Assembly: GCA_964630375.1 (NCBI GenBank)
Contig: CAZVRT010000002.1
Location: 41,706-105,705, forward strand
Reading direction: 5' to 3'
Length of the DNA stretch: 64,000 nt
From: an uncultured Candidatus Saccharibacteria bacterium
GTDB taxonomy: Bacteria; Patescibacteriota; Minisyncoccia; Phycocordibacterales; JAACPR01
Each line of letters opens with the position of its first letter. Position 1 is the stretch's first letter. Positions 35,252-45,345 of this stretch are shown here, one piece after another. The notes below the pieces were generated by a model. That model did not search any database, was not told the DNA's origin, and was given only the letters and a program-made list of their open reading frames with translations. The position numbers and the translations under genes were made by a program.

Positions 35252-36208
35252 TTACTCTGCTTTGGCAAACTCTTCGATTTTTTCGAAAATATCGTCCAAA
35301 TCGCCAAGCATAATTTCATCAATATTGTGCCAGTTTTCCTTGATTCGGTGGTCTGTAACACGGTTTTGAGGAAAGTTATAAGTCCTGATTTTCTCTGATC
35401 TATCCCCTGTTCCAACCTGATCTTTTCGCTCTGCTGAATACTTTTTCGCCTCTTCTTCTTCTTTTAAAGCCTCTAATTTAGCAATCAAAATACTCATCGC
35501 TTTTTCTCGGTTGGCTTGTTGGCTTCTTTCTGAAGTTGAACGAACATCAATACCTGTTGGCTTATGAACCAATCTCACCGCAGTCTCAACTTTGTTAACA
35601 TTTTGCCCTCCAGCTCCTCCAGAACGAGAAAATTCCATTTCAATATCATCGGGTTTAATTTCAATTTTTGTCTTTTTTCGAATTGGCAAAACCGCAACTG
35701 AAGCAGTCGATGTGTGAATTCTCCCTTGTTTTTCTGTTGCCGGAATTCTTTGAACTCGATGAACACCAGTTTCGTGACGCAAAGTTTTGTAAACCCCTTG
35801 ACCTCGGATTTCAAAAGCCGCTTCTTTGTATCCACCAATATCGTTTTCTGAAGAGTGAATTTTTCTTACTCCCCAACCCTTTTTTTCAGCATATCTTTGA
35901 TACATTTCTGCTAAGTTATATGCAAAAATTGACGCCTCATCTCCACCTGCGCCACCTCGAACTTCTAATATAATTTCATTTGGAAACTGATCTTCTTTTT
36001 CTTCTTCTGCAAAAATAGTGTCCATTTGTTCTAAAATAGCTTTTTGTTGAACATCAATTTGAGTTTTTTCTTCTTCTGCAAGCTCTCGCATTGTCTCGTC
36101 TTCAGACATGGCATCCAAATCCACTCTTTGCTTTTCTAAGCGCTCAAACTCAGACGCCAAAAATTGAGTTTTATGATTTTCTTTATATTTAGTTAAATCA
36201 ATTTCCAT
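35252..36208 (-). CDS. prfA: Peptide chain release factor 1
   Basis: GGQ motif '[25 protein letters not shown]' and the RF1-type PxT tripeptide within '[16 protein letters not shown]'. Confidence 0.85.
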   Translation of the reverse strand: MEIDLTKYKENHKTQFLASEFERLEKQRVDLDAMSEDETMRELAEEEKTQIDVQQKAILEQMDTIFAEEEKEDQFPNEIILEVRGGAGGDEASIFAYNLAEMYQRYAEKKGWGVRKIHSSENDIGGYKEAAFEIRGQGVYKTLRHETGVHRVQRIPATEKQGRIHTSTASVAVLPIRKKTKIEIKPDDIEMEFSRSGGAGGQNVNKVETAVRLVHKPTGIDVRSTSERSQQANREKAMSILIAKLEALKEEEEAKKYSAERKDQVGTGDRSEKIRTYNFPQNRVTDHRIKENWHNIDEIMLGDLDDIFEKIEEFAKAE

Positions 36209-36339
36209 ATATTTAGTTTATCAGAAACACTTTTGTGAGAAAATAAATTTAAAAAACGTTGCCGAATAGTGCATCCGCAGGTTGTATAACGAAGTTATAC
36301 AAAACCGAGGACCGCACTGAGAGGCAACGTTTTTTAAAT

Positions 36340-36546
36340 TTATTTCTTCGCAGCAGCTCTTCGCGCCTTGAACTTCTCAACTCGTCCCGCAGTATCCAAA
36401 ACTTTTTCTTGTCCTGTATAGAAAGGATGGCAAGCGCTACAGATTTCCACATTCAATTTTTCTTTTGTAGAACCAATAACAAAAGAAGCTCCGCAGGCAC
36501 ATACCGCGTTTGAACTTGCATAAAAATCTGGATGAATATCTTTTTT
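36340..36546 (-). CDS. rpmE: 50S ribosomal protein L31. The start is '[10 protein letters not shown]', and the ORF-track N-terminal extension is unlikely.
   Basis: '[47 protein letters not shown]' contains the CxxC...CxxH zinc ribbon. Confidence 0.8.
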   Translation of the reverse strand, partial: KKDIHPDFYASSNAVCACGASFVIGSTKEKLNVEICSACHPFYTGQEKVLDTAGRVEKFKARRAAAKK

Positions 36547-36600
36547 CATAGTGACAAAGACTATATCAGATAAAATGAATAATAGCAATATACCCTATTT

Positions 36601-36993
36601 CTAGGCCTTATTGAACAAAATAGTCGTCATATTCTTCTCCACAACTGGACCATAGCTATTGATGGTTTCATCTCCTCTTTTGAATACCAAGTATATGAAA
36701 AGTATGATGTTTACAGGAGAAACGAAGTAAAATAGAGCCCATTTCCAATCTTGATTGAAATCCTGCAATCTTCTAACAAACATAGAAAATTTAATATAAA
36801 GCAATAATGTCATATCTATAATAAATGCAACCATCAGAATAAAAGCAACAAAAATATTATCTACAAACATATAAAGTAATCCAAAAGCAACCATTGTCGA
36901 CAGTGCCGCAAGAAAACAAACAAGCAACACACCGATAACAAACTCTTTTCTACTCAACCTTCCACTTAAAACATTTTTTAACCAATTTTTCAT
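36601..36993 (-). CDS. DUF805-like small inner-membrane protein
   Basis: 'GRLSRKEFVIGVLLV' and three hydrophobic helices. The start was chosen at 'MKNWLK' to avoid overlap with the upstream gene. Confidence 0.35.
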   Translation of the reverse strand: MKNWLKNVLSGRLSRKEFVIGVLLVCFLAALSTMVAFGLLYMFVDNIFVAFILMVAFIIDMTLLLYIKFSMFVRRLQDFNQDWKWALFYFVSPVNIILFIYLVFKRGDETINSYGPVVEKNMTTILFNKA

Positions 36994-37009
36994 AAAATTA
37001 TTTTTATTT

Positions 37010-38455
37010 TTAATCAACGTCTGACAAGAAATCAATTTGATCTTGGAATCCAGCAGCATGACTCAATACTGAATTTCCGTAACTTTGACCAGGACCTCCT
37101 GCATAATTATTTCCTGCATAATACTTTGCAGCTGCTGTATGTTCAGCCGAATATCCTCCAGCAGCAGCCCCCAAATCTCTCAAGTAAAGAGCAGTTGCAG
37201 TAAAAGCGTGTTCTGGGTTCCAAGGGTTCGGAGTTGAGATTCCAAGCGCAGCAGCAATTTTTGATTCGTAAGATCTCCAAGTTGTAGGAATAAATTGTGA
37301 AGGTCCCATCGCTCCTCCCCAACCACCGACTGAAGCAATCGGACACGACAATGGAGTGGTTTCATAATCCATTCCAAGTTTTCTTGTAATTTCTTTAAAG
37401 GTAGTTTGGTCATCTCTCCAAGAACAAGGCGACGCAGCTCCGGTACATGAGTTTCCATTTGCAACATAGTTGGCATAGTGAAGAGGTCCAGGCATGATCA
37501 CTGTATATTTTTTCTCAGCTGGGTCTCCGGCACGGTTACATGTCCCTACATTATTACCCAAATCAGATTCTTGTTTCAAAATAGCCAAAATCAATGCCGG
37601 ACGAACTCCAGTTGCTTTTCCTGCGACAGTTGCGTATTTAACAGCATCTCCAAAAGAAATTCCGGCAGAGTCTCTCAATCGGAATAGTGCTGAACGAATT
37701 TGAGCAGCCTTTGCTCTTTTTTCTGCTAAATAAGATTCTAGTGTTGCTTCAGCATTTTTTGAATGAGACAAAAGAGTAGATTGTTCGTTTTCTTTAGCTC
37801 TAACTTTTCTTTGTTCTGCTTCAATTTCTGCTTTTACATCTTGTTCTTCTGCTCGTCGTTTTTCCAGCTTGGCTTTTTCTTCTTCTGTTAGACCTCTAAT
37901 GTCTCTGATTTCAGCGAACAATTCTTCCAGTGAAGATTGCAATAAGTTATATGTATCCGCTGCAACGAAAAATTCTGAAAAATCTTTTTGCGACAAAATA
38001 ATTTCCACTAAAGAAATATCATCAAGTTCGTTCTTCTTTTTTATCAGTTGAGCCAAGTTGGTTTTCCCTCTTTCCAACTTTGCATTCAATTCTTGAACAG
38101 TTTGATCTCGTAAAGAAATATCCCCACTTAATTGTTTAATTTCAATATTTTTCTTATCAATTGAAAGTTGAGATTGTTTGATTTGTGTAGTTAGTTTTGA
38201 AAGCTCGGTTTGAATAGAAGCTGATTGTGCTTTTTGTTGTTGAACAGAACCTTCCAAAGCTTTTTCTTCCTGACTAATACGTTCGTATTCGTCACAAAGC
38301 CTTTTAGTTTCTGTATCTTCTGGCTTTCTACAAACTTCTTCTACTGATTGAGCAAATAAAGAAGTAGCTGACATAAACAAAAATGCAGCAAAAATTATCA
38401 AAAATATTGAATAACTTAAAACTCGTTTTACAATAAATTCTATCTTTTTATCCAT
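37010..38455 (-). CDS. Secreted coiled-coil protein with a C-terminal lytic transglycosylase (SLT/MltB-like) domain
   Basis: Signal/TM 'IFLIIFAAFLFMSATSLFA', a coiled coil of about 200 aa, then 'ILKQESDLGN' and 'GAMGPSQFIPTTW'. Confidence 0.55.
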   Translation of the reverse strand: MDKKIEFIVKRVLSYSIFLIIFAAFLFMSATSLFAQSVEEVCRKPEDTETKRLCDEYERISQEEKALEGSVQQQKAQSASIQTELSKLTTQIKQSQLSIDKKNIEIKQLSGDISLRDQTVQELNAKLERGKTNLAQLIKKKNELDDISLVEIILSQKDFSEFFVAADTYNLLQSSLEELFAEIRDIRGLTEEEKAKLEKRRAEEQDVKAEIEAEQRKVRAKENEQSTLLSHSKNAEATLESYLAEKRAKAAQIRSALFRLRDSAGISFGDAVKYATVAGKATGVRPALILAILKQESDLGNNVGTCNRAGDPAEKKYTVIMPGPLHYANYVANGNSCTGAASPCSWRDDQTTFKEITRKLGMDYETTPLSCPIASVGGWGGAMGPSQFIPTTWRSYESKIAAALGISTPNPWNPEHAFTATALYLRDLGAAAGGYSAEHTAAAKYYAGNNYAGGPGQSYGNSVLSHAAGFQDQIDFLSDVD

Positions 38456-38483
38456 AGGTAATTATTATACCTAAAAATAGAAA

Positions 38484-39116
38484 CTATGCCTCCTCTTTTT
38501 CCGACTCAGCTTTCTTTAGTTCTCCTTCTGTTTTTACAGCGTTTGGATCAAATTCTACTGATTCTTCAGCTTCTTCTTTGTGAGCTTGTACCAAAACAAT
38601 CACTTCTTCTTCATCTGTAAGAAGTGTAACTCCTGATGGCATTACCAGGTCTTTTGCGTGAATTTGTGCATCTAGATCATTTAGAGATTCAATAGAAACT
38701 TCGATTTGATGTGGAAGATCTTTTGGCATAGCCTCAACTTCAACTTCGTGCATAACTTTCACAACAACTCCACCAAGAGATTTTTCTGCAAAAGATTCTC
38801 CAACGAATTCCAGTGGAACATGAACAGAAACTTTCTTTCCTTTTTCAATAGCGTAAAAATCAACATGACGAACATCGCCTTTTACCGGATCTCTATCGAT
38901 ATCATGGATAAGAACATCGTGTTTTTCTCCATCCACAGAAAGCTCAACAACTGTTGATTCTCCAGATTCTTTGTAAGATTTTTTAAAGTCGGCTGTACTT
39001 AATTTGATAGAAATTGACTCTTGTTTAGGGCCGTAAACAACCGCAGGAATAAAGCCACCTTTTCTAATAAAGCCTAGATTTTCTTTTATATCTCTTTTTT
39101 GCGCTTCTAAAGTCAT
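38484..39116 (-). CDS. rplY: 50S ribosomal protein L25 / general stress protein Ctc, long form
   Basis: 'RKGGFIPAVVYG' and 'HVDFYAI', with an acidic C-terminal tail. Confidence 0.8.
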   Translation of the reverse strand: MTLEAQKRDIKENLGFIRKGGFIPAVVYGPKQESISIKLSTADFKKSYKESGESTVVELSVDGEKHDVLIHDIDRDPVKGDVRHVDFYAIEKGKKVSVHVPLEFVGESFAEKSLGGVVVKVMHEVEVEAMPKDLPHQIEVSIESLNDLDAQIHAKDLVMPSGVTLLTDEEEVIVLVQAHKEEAEESVEFDPNAVKTEGELKKAESEKEEA

Positions 39117-39185
39117 GCTTAAAATTTATATATTAGTGGGCTTGATTATACACACAGATTTAAAATTGGCAATATTCAAGCTTGG

Positions 39186-40841
39186 TTATTTACCAACAAT
39201 ATGGCTTTCGATATATTCTTTGCTTCCGCCAACTTTTTTGCCTGGATTAAAGATATTATTTGGGTCAAAGATAGATTTAACTTGCTCAAAAAGCTTATAA
39301 ACATCATCGCCAAACATTTGCCGAACATAAGGAGTACGCATAATTCCATCATTGTGCTCAGCGGTGATTGTTCCATCATATTTCAAAACTAGATCATAAA
39401 TCTCATTTGCTGCTGGCAAAATTTTGTCTCGTTCGCTTTTCTTTGAAAGATCCATCAGGGGAATAATATGCAAATTACCTTCTCCTGCGTGACCTGTAAT
39501 ATTCACAGTAATTTTATATTTATTCAAAATTTTAATTATCTTTGGCAGGAACTTTGGCAAATGCTCTGGACGAACACAAACATCATCAACAAACGGAGCA
39601 GTTTGTTTGTCTTTAACTTTTTGTCGCAGCAAATTGAAACTTTCTCGACGCATTGTCCAATATTTTTCGGCTTCTTTTTCATCTTTAATAACTCGATAAT
39701 GCAAAGCTTGTCCTTTTAGAGTTTCAATAACTTGATCAACTTTTCTATCAGCTTCTTTTTCTGTTGATTCTGCAACTTCAACTAAAACAATCAATTTTGG
39801 CAAACCACCAATTTTTAGACCAATAACAAACTCAGGCCAGAACTTAAACAAAAATTTTATTAAGTTTGTTTTTGCTTTCTTTGCAATTTCTGGCATAAAT
39901 CTCAAACCTAGTTTCAAAGTCGTATCATCAAAAGTCTCCATGCTTTGAACACCAATTGGAAGAAGTTTATTTACAGCATAAGGCAAATCATCCCAACTTT
40001 TGAAAAATAATGTAACCAGTCTTTTATGCTCTTTTAATTCAACAACTCGAATTTCTGCAGAAGCCATAACTCCCAAAGTTCCTTGTGAGCCAGTAAATAG
40101 CTGAGTTAAGTCAAAAGTTCCTTTTTCTTTGTCATAAACATCCCATAACGCATATCCTGAACTATTTTTTAGAGTTTTTGGTTTTGCTGATTTTATTAAA
40201 TCGTAATTTTTATTTATCAAATCAAAAGTTCTTCGATATATTTCCCCTTCAAAATCTTTTTTATTCATCTTTTCTTCCAGCTCATTCATTGAAAGTTTTT
40301 TGAAAGTGTATTCTCTTCCGTTTGCCAAAACCATATCTAATTTTTCAACAAAATCTCTCATTTGTCCGTAACGCAAAGAGTTTTCGCTTCCACAATTGTT
40401 CATTATCATTCCACCAAGTGCTGCAAGATTTTTTGAAGCCGGGAAAACTGGCATTGAAACATGCTCGGGTAAAGTTATTTTTTCAAAATCTCGATAATAA
40501 ACTCCAGGACCAACATTTGCCCGAAGTCGCTCAATATCAACTTCTTGATGATTAAAATATTTTGTAAAATCTAAAATTATTCCCTCACCAATTGCACCTC
40601 CAGACATGTCTGTTCCGGCAGATCGAGAAGTCAAAGAAAGATTTGGAAATTCTTTTTTGTTTTGTTGTGTGAAATTAATTATATTTTCCAAATCTTTTAT
40701 ATGTTTTGGAAAAACAACAACTTGAGGTCGTACTTTGAAAAGGCTGGCATCTCGACTATATTTTTCTAAAGTTTCTGAATCAATTAAAACTTCTCCTTGT
40801 ATAACTTCTTTCAACCTATCTGCTAAAACCTTTGATGACAT
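39186..40841 (-). CDS. FAD-linked oxidoreductase (GlcD/Dld family, FAD_binding_4 / PCMH type)
   Basis: 'RSAGTDMSGGAIGEGIILDF' is the FAD-binding signature, and a C-terminal FAD-oxidase_C-like region is present. Confidence 0.65.
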   Translation of the reverse strand: MSSKVLADRLKEVIQGEVLIDSETLEKYSRDASLFKVRPQVVVFPKHIKDLENIINFTQQNKKEFPNLSLTSRSAGTDMSGGAIGEGIILDFTKYFNHQEVDIERLRANVGPGVYYRDFEKITLPEHVSMPVFPASKNLAALGGMIMNNCGSENSLRYGQMRDFVEKLDMVLANGREYTFKKLSMNELEEKMNKKDFEGEIYRRTFDLINKNYDLIKSAKPKTLKNSSGYALWDVYDKEKGTFDLTQLFTGSQGTLGVMASAEIRVVELKEHKRLVTLFFKSWDDLPYAVNKLLPIGVQSMETFDDTTLKLGLRFMPEIAKKAKTNLIKFLFKFWPEFVIGLKIGGLPKLIVLVEVAESTEKEADRKVDQVIETLKGQALHYRVIKDEKEAEKYWTMRRESFNLLRQKVKDKQTAPFVDDVCVRPEHLPKFLPKIIKILNKYKITVNITGHAGEGNLHIIPLMDLSKKSERDKILPAANEIYDLVLKYDGTITAEHNDGIMRTPYVRQMFGDDVYKLFEQVKSIFDPNNIFNPGKKVGGSKEYIESHIVGK

Positions 40842-40842
40842 T

Positions 40843-41712
40843 TTATTTTATAAAGTTAAATAATTTTAATCTTTCAGTAACAACTTCTTTCATTGCATCT
40901 ACTGTTGGTTGCATTATTTTGTATGGTGCAATTTCTTTTTTATTTTCCTTTAAAGATTTCTTCAATGCTTCAACAAATGCTAATCGAATTTCTGTATTGA
41001 TGTGAATAGTTGAAATTCCGGCTTTGATTGCCTCTTGAAAGTCTTCATCAGCAATCCCAGAACCTCCGTGCAAAACAAGCGGCACACCACAGGCTTTTCT
41101 AATGTCAGCGATTCTTTGAATGTTTAATTTTGGATTTTTCTTTCCTTTCAACATTCCATGCATATTTCCAACTGCTGGAGCAAGCAAATCAACTCCCGTT
41201 TTTTCCACGAATTCTTTTGCTTCTTCTGGAGTTGTCAGATATTTTTCATCAGTTGCAACACCTTCAGGGATTTTATCTAGAATTTTTGAAGACTGACCAA
41301 TGTTTCCTAATTCAGCTTCAACTAAAACATCTCTTCCACAATTTCTGGCATATAAAACACATTCTTTTGTGGCTTTTATATTTTCTTCATAAGAAAGTTT
41401 TACTCCGTCGAAAATTACAGCATCAAAGCCGGCATCAATAGCTTTTTTTACTCCTTCAACAGTATAAGTGTGATCTGCATTTAAAAAAACCGGTTGGTTG
41501 TAGTCTTCGCGATAAGTGCGGATAAGCGCCGCCGCTTCGTGTACCCCCACGAAGTCGCGCTCTCCCTCGGAAACTCCTATTACTATAGGAAGTTTCAGTT
41601 CCCTCGCGGCGGCGCACACCGCATGTAATGCCTCTAAGTTTGAAATATTAAAATGTCCGATTGCAACTCCTTTTCTTTCTGCATCTGCAACATAATCTCG
41701 TAAATTATTCAT
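40843..41712 (-). CDS. fba: Fructose-bisphosphate aldolase class II
   Basis: 'HFNISNLE', 'LNADHTYT' and 'LVLHGGSG'. A GC-rich patch lies at 41510-41640. Confidence 0.85.
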   Translation of the reverse strand: MNNLRDYVADAERKGVAIGHFNISNLEALHAVCAAARELKLPIVIGVSEGERDFVGVHEAAALIRTYREDYNQPVFLNADHTYTVEGVKKAIDAGFDAVIFDGVKLSYEENIKATKECVLYARNCGRDVLVEAELGNIGQSSKILDKIPEGVATDEKYLTTPEEAKEFVEKTGVDLLAPAVGNMHGMLKGKKNPKLNIQRIADIRKACGVPLVLHGGSGIADEDFQEAIKAGISTIHINTEIRLAFVEALKKSLKENKKEIAPYKIMQPTVDAMKEVVTERLKLFNFIK

Positions 41713-41814
41713 CTTAATAATTCTAACACAACAATATAATTCACAAAAAACAATTTATAAAAAATGTTACAATAAAAACATATCAGGAAGTAAAAAAATA
41801 AATTTTTAAATTTT

Positions 41815-42822
41815 ATGCACAACAAAGATGAAAATAGAATTGATTTTTTAGCAATTGGAGATATTGTCACCGACGCTTTTATTGAACTACAAGACGCTTG
41901 GGTTGAAACAGACAATCCAGAAAAATCAAAAGAACTTTGTATGAAATTTGGAGATAAACTTCCGTTTAAAAAAGTTGATGTAGTTGCAGCAGTTGGAAAT
42001 AGTCCAAACGCAGCTGTATCTGCACACAGACTTGGCTTAAAAACAGCTCTAGTTACAAATGTTGGTGCTGATTTTTTTGGAGAAGAACAAATTCAAACAT
42101 TAAAAGCAAACGGAATTGATACAACATACGTTACAAAACACGATGGCATGGAATCAAATTATCATTATGTTTTGAGATTTGGTCCAGAAAGAACAATTCT
42201 AGTAAAACACACTGCTTTTCCTTACTCTTTTCCAGATATCCAAACAGCTCCAAAGTTTATTTATCTTTCATCTTTAGCCGAAAATTCTTTGCCTTATCAC
42301 GGTGAAATTGCTCGATATCTAAAAGAACACCCTGAAACAAAATTAGCTTTTCAACCTGGAACTTTTCAAATGAAATTAGGAAGAGAAACTTTGAAAGATT
42401 TATATGAGCTTTCTTATCTATTTTTCTGCAATAAAGAAGAAGCTCAAAAAATTCTTGAGACAAAGGAATCTGATATTAAAGTTTTACTAAAAATGATGAG
42501 AGACATTGGTCCAAAGATCGCGATTATCACAGACGGACCAAACGGTTCTTATGTATTTGATGGAAATGAATATTGGTTTATTCCAATGTACCCAGACCCT
42601 GCTCCACCAGTAGATCGAACCGGTGCTGGGGATTCTTTCTCAAGTACTTTCACATCAGCACTGGCATTAGGAAAAAGTATTCCGGAAGCATTGTCATGGG
42701 GACCAGTAAATTCAATGTCAGTTGTTCAACATGTTGGCGCACAAAAAGGTTTGTTATTCAAAGATAAACTAGAAATGCATCTTAAAAACGCTCCAGAAAG
42801 TTTTACACCACAAAAAATTTAA
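41815..42822 (+). CDS. PfkB-family carbohydrate kinase (ribokinase-like)
   Basis: 'DRTGAGDSFSSTF' resembles the DTxGAGD motif, and 'AIGDIVTDAF' resembles the N-terminal glycine-rich motif. Confidence 0.7.
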   Translation: MHNKDENRIDFLAIGDIVTDAFIELQDAWVETDNPEKSKELCMKFGDKLPFKKVDVVAAVGNSPNAAVSAHRLGLKTALVTNVGADFFGEEQIQTLKANGIDTTYVTKHDGMESNYHYVLRFGPERTILVKHTAFPYSFPDIQTAPKFIYLSSLAENSLPYHGEIARYLKEHPETKLAFQPGTFQMKLGRETLKDLYELSYLFFCNKEEAQKILETKESDIKVLLKMMRDIGPKIAIITDGPNGSYVFDGNEYWFIPMYPDPAPPVDRTGAGDSFSSTFTSALALGKSIPEALSWGPVNSMSVVQHVGAQKGLLFKDKLEMHLKNAPESFTPQKI

Positions 42823-42860
42823 TAACTTTTAAAAAAATATTTTAGTTATATAATTTTATT

Positions 42861-43175
42861 ATGGATAATGAAATCCAATTTGAAGAAGAATACGGAGATT
42901 CGAGGTTTCATATTAAATCTAGAAAGCTTTTAGGAGAACCAACAACTCCAACAATGATAAATTTCTTATTGGAGAAAAAAATAGCCAAAAATGAAAAGCA
43001 AGCAACTATTATGTTGGTTATAGCGATTGTGGTGTTTTTGGGATTTAGTGCTTTAATTATTAATGATTCCATATCCGAAAGCAGAGAGATAATTATAGTG
43101 AACAAATACGGTCAAGAAATACCTTTTGACCAGTATGTAGATATGTTAAACAGAGGGATTGATCCAATATTATAA
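42861..43175 (+). CDS. Hypothetical single-pass membrane protein upstream of the pilin gene
   Basis: ORF with TM 'IMLVIAIVVFLGFSALII'. Confidence 0.3.
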   Translation: MDNEIQFEEEYGDSRFHIKSRKLLGEPTTPTMINFLLEKKIAKNEKQATIMLVIAIVVFLGFSALIINDSISESREIIIVNKYGQEIPFDQYVDMLNRGIDPIL

Positions 43176-43182
43176 TATTATT

Positions 43183-43701
43183 ATGATTTCAAATACAAAA
43201 AAAGGTTTTACATTGATTGAATTGTTGGTTGTGGTTTCGATTATTGCACTTCTTTCATCAGTTGTTGTTGCCGCTTTAAGCGATGCAAGAGAAGGTGCAA
43301 AAAATAATAAAAGAAATGAATTGGTTAGACAATATGTAACAGCACTTGGTTTATATCATGGAGAATATGGAAAATATCCGGGTAACAATACTACAAGATA
43401 TTGTCTAGGAAGCGGATACCCTAGCGGAAATTGTTACGTTGTTGGTTCACACACAGAAAACCTTGCTGTAAATAACGCATTAACTGAATTTGCACCAGGA
43501 ATGCCGGCGAGTTTGGAATCTACTAATGCAGGTGGAAATACTTTTCTTGGTATTGCATATTCATGCTTAACATCAGATTGTGAAGATTACAAACTAGAAT
43601 GGGTTGTTAAAGGATCTGGAAGCAGCGCAGAATGTTTTGGAGGGGCAACAAAAACTAATTCTACTGGTGATTTAGGAATTTGTACTTACTCTACAATATA
43701 G
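43183..43701 (+). CDS. Type IV pilin-like protein (prepilin N-terminal cleavage/methylation domain)
   Basis: 'KKGFTLIELLVVVSIIALLSSVVVAAL', and Cys pairs in the C-terminal half. Confidence 0.65.
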   Translation: MISNTKKGFTLIELLVVVSIIALLSSVVVAALSDAREGAKNNKRNELVRQYVTALGLYHGEYGKYPGNNTTRYCLGSGYPSGNCYVVGSHTENLAVNNALTEFAPGMPASLESTNAGGNTFLGIAYSCLTSDCEDYKLEWVVKGSGSSAECFGGATKTNSTGDLGICTYSTI

Positions 43702-43706
43702 TCCAT

Positions 43707-44336
43707 CTACTCAGAAATATTTAAGCGGATACTAATTTTTTGCAAATCGTCTTTTTTAGAAAAGGCGATTTTGTTTTTTGATTTTGTTAAAAATAATTTT
43801 GCCATTTCATATCCTGGAGTTTCAGAAAGATTTGTTTTATCTTTCTGTGCGAATACAATTTTGAAAACCAAAACAATGTCACCTCCCTCTTTTTCAACAT
43901 CTAAAGATACATTCCCTTTATTTAAAGCCAACAATATTTCTTGAGAAATTGCAGAAATTGCTTGAACAAATAATTTTTTATTTGTAATTACTTTTGCAGT
44001 GCTTTGTCCTGAAAAAGAAAAATCTATTTTTCTGGTTTTAGCTAAGCGAATAAATTTTGCAACTGACTCATAAGTAACAGAAAGCACAGGAATGTTTTCC
44101 AATTTAATTTTTTTCTTATCATTTTCAACTTCAAATGACATCAACAAAAATTGAACCGCTGATAAAACTCTTTCAGAAGAATGGTCAATCTTATTGATAT
44201 TTTTTATTGCAGATTCCGGCAAATCAAAAGAATTTTTTAAAATTGCAGCATAACCTTGAATAAAAGTTATTGGAGTCAAAATTTCTTTTTCTAATTTACT
44301 CAAAAGTTGTATTTCTTTTTTATTTCGTTTAAGCAT
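43707..44336 (-). CDS. Histidine-kinase-like protein with degenerate catalytic motifs (pseudo-kinase?)
   Basis: A HisKA-like 'LSKLEKEILTPITFIQGYAAIL' where the phospho-acceptor His position is Lys. The HATPase-like 'VQAISAISQEILLALNKGNVSLDVEKEGGDIVLVFKI' lacks the N-box Asn. Confidence 0.35.
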   Translation of the reverse strand: MLKRNKKEIQLLSKLEKEILTPITFIQGYAAILKNSFDLPESAIKNINKIDHSSERVLSAVQFLLMSFEVENDKKKIKLENIPVLSVTYESVAKFIRLAKTRKIDFSFSGQSTAKVITNKKLFVQAISAISQEILLALNKGNVSLDVEKEGGDIVLVFKIVFAQKDKTNLSETPGYEMAKLFLTKSKNKIAFSKKDDLQKISIRLNISE

Positions 44337-45330
44337 TCTTTCTTCTTAAAACATTTTGAATTGCATTGTAAATAGAATCTTCACCCATGCCGTAATGTTC
44401 AATTAATTCTTGCGGTTTACCAGATTGTCCAAAAGAATCATTTACTCCAATAAATTCCATCGGAACAGGAGTGTTTTGAGCTAAAAATTCTGCAACACAA
44501 CTTCCCATTCCTCCAGCAATTTGATGCTCTTCTACAGTTACGATGGCCCCCGTCTCTTTTACCAAATTTAAAATCGCTTCTTTATCCAAAGGCTTAATGG
44601 TCGGTAAATTCAAAACAACAGTACCAACACCTTCATCCTCAAGCCTTTTCGCAACTCGCAATGCATTAAAAACCAAAGCACCTGTAGCTACAATTCCAAC
44701 TTCTTTTTGCAAATTTTTTGATTCGTAAAAACGATATGCTTTTCCAATTTCAAATGGAGTTTCTTCTGTTGTCATTAAAGGAGTCGCTTCTCGAGCAAGC
44801 CTGATATAAGTTGGTTCTTTTGTTTGAGCAGCAAGAAGCGTAGCTTTTTTTGCTTGCACAGAATCGCAAGGTGAAATTACTACCATATTTGGAATAACCC
44901 GCATTATCGCCATATCTTCAATCGCTTGATGAGTTCCTCCGTCAGGACCAACAGACACACCAGCGTGAGAACCGGCAATCTTCACAGGAACATCGTTATA
45001 ACAAATCGTAGTTCTAATTTGTTCCCAATTTCTTCCAGGACTAAACATTGCATAACTAGAAATAAAAGGAATTTTGCCCATAGCAGCCATTCCTGAAGCA
45101 ACTGAAGCTAAGTTTTGTTCAGCAACACCGACTTCAAAAAATCTATTTGGAAATTCTTTTGCAAAATCTTCCATTCTTGTTGATTCCAAAAGATCAGCGC
45201 ACAAGCCAACCACTCTTTCGTCTTTTCTTCCAGCTTCCAACAAACCTGCACCAAAACCAACACGAATCGGCGCAGATTCATTTTTATCTTCAAAAATATC
45301 TTTTCTTAATTTTAGTTCTGGGTTTAACAT
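44329..45330 (-). CDS. Transketolase, C-terminal subunit (pyrimidine-binding plus C-terminal domains)
   Basis: 'EVGVAEQNLASVASGMA' and 'SHAGVSVGPDGGTHQAIEDMA'. Confidence 0.8.
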   Translation of the reverse strand: MLNPELKLRKDIFEDKNESAPIRVGFGAGLLEAGRKDERVVGLCADLLESTRMEDFAKEFPNRFFEVGVAEQNLASVASGMAAMGKIPFISSYAMFSPGRNWEQIRTTICYNDVPVKIAGSHAGVSVGPDGGTHQAIEDMAIMRVIPNMVVISPCDSVQAKKATLLAAQTKEPTYIRLAREATPLMTTEETPFEIGKAYRFYESKNLQKEVGIVATGALVFNALRVAKRLEDEGVGTVVLNLPTIKPLDKEAILNLVKETGAIVTVEEHQIAGGMGSCVAEFLAQNTPVPMEFIGVNDSFGQSGKPQELIEHYGMGEDSIYNAIQNVLRRKNA

Positions 45331-45345
45331 AATTATTTCTTATGA

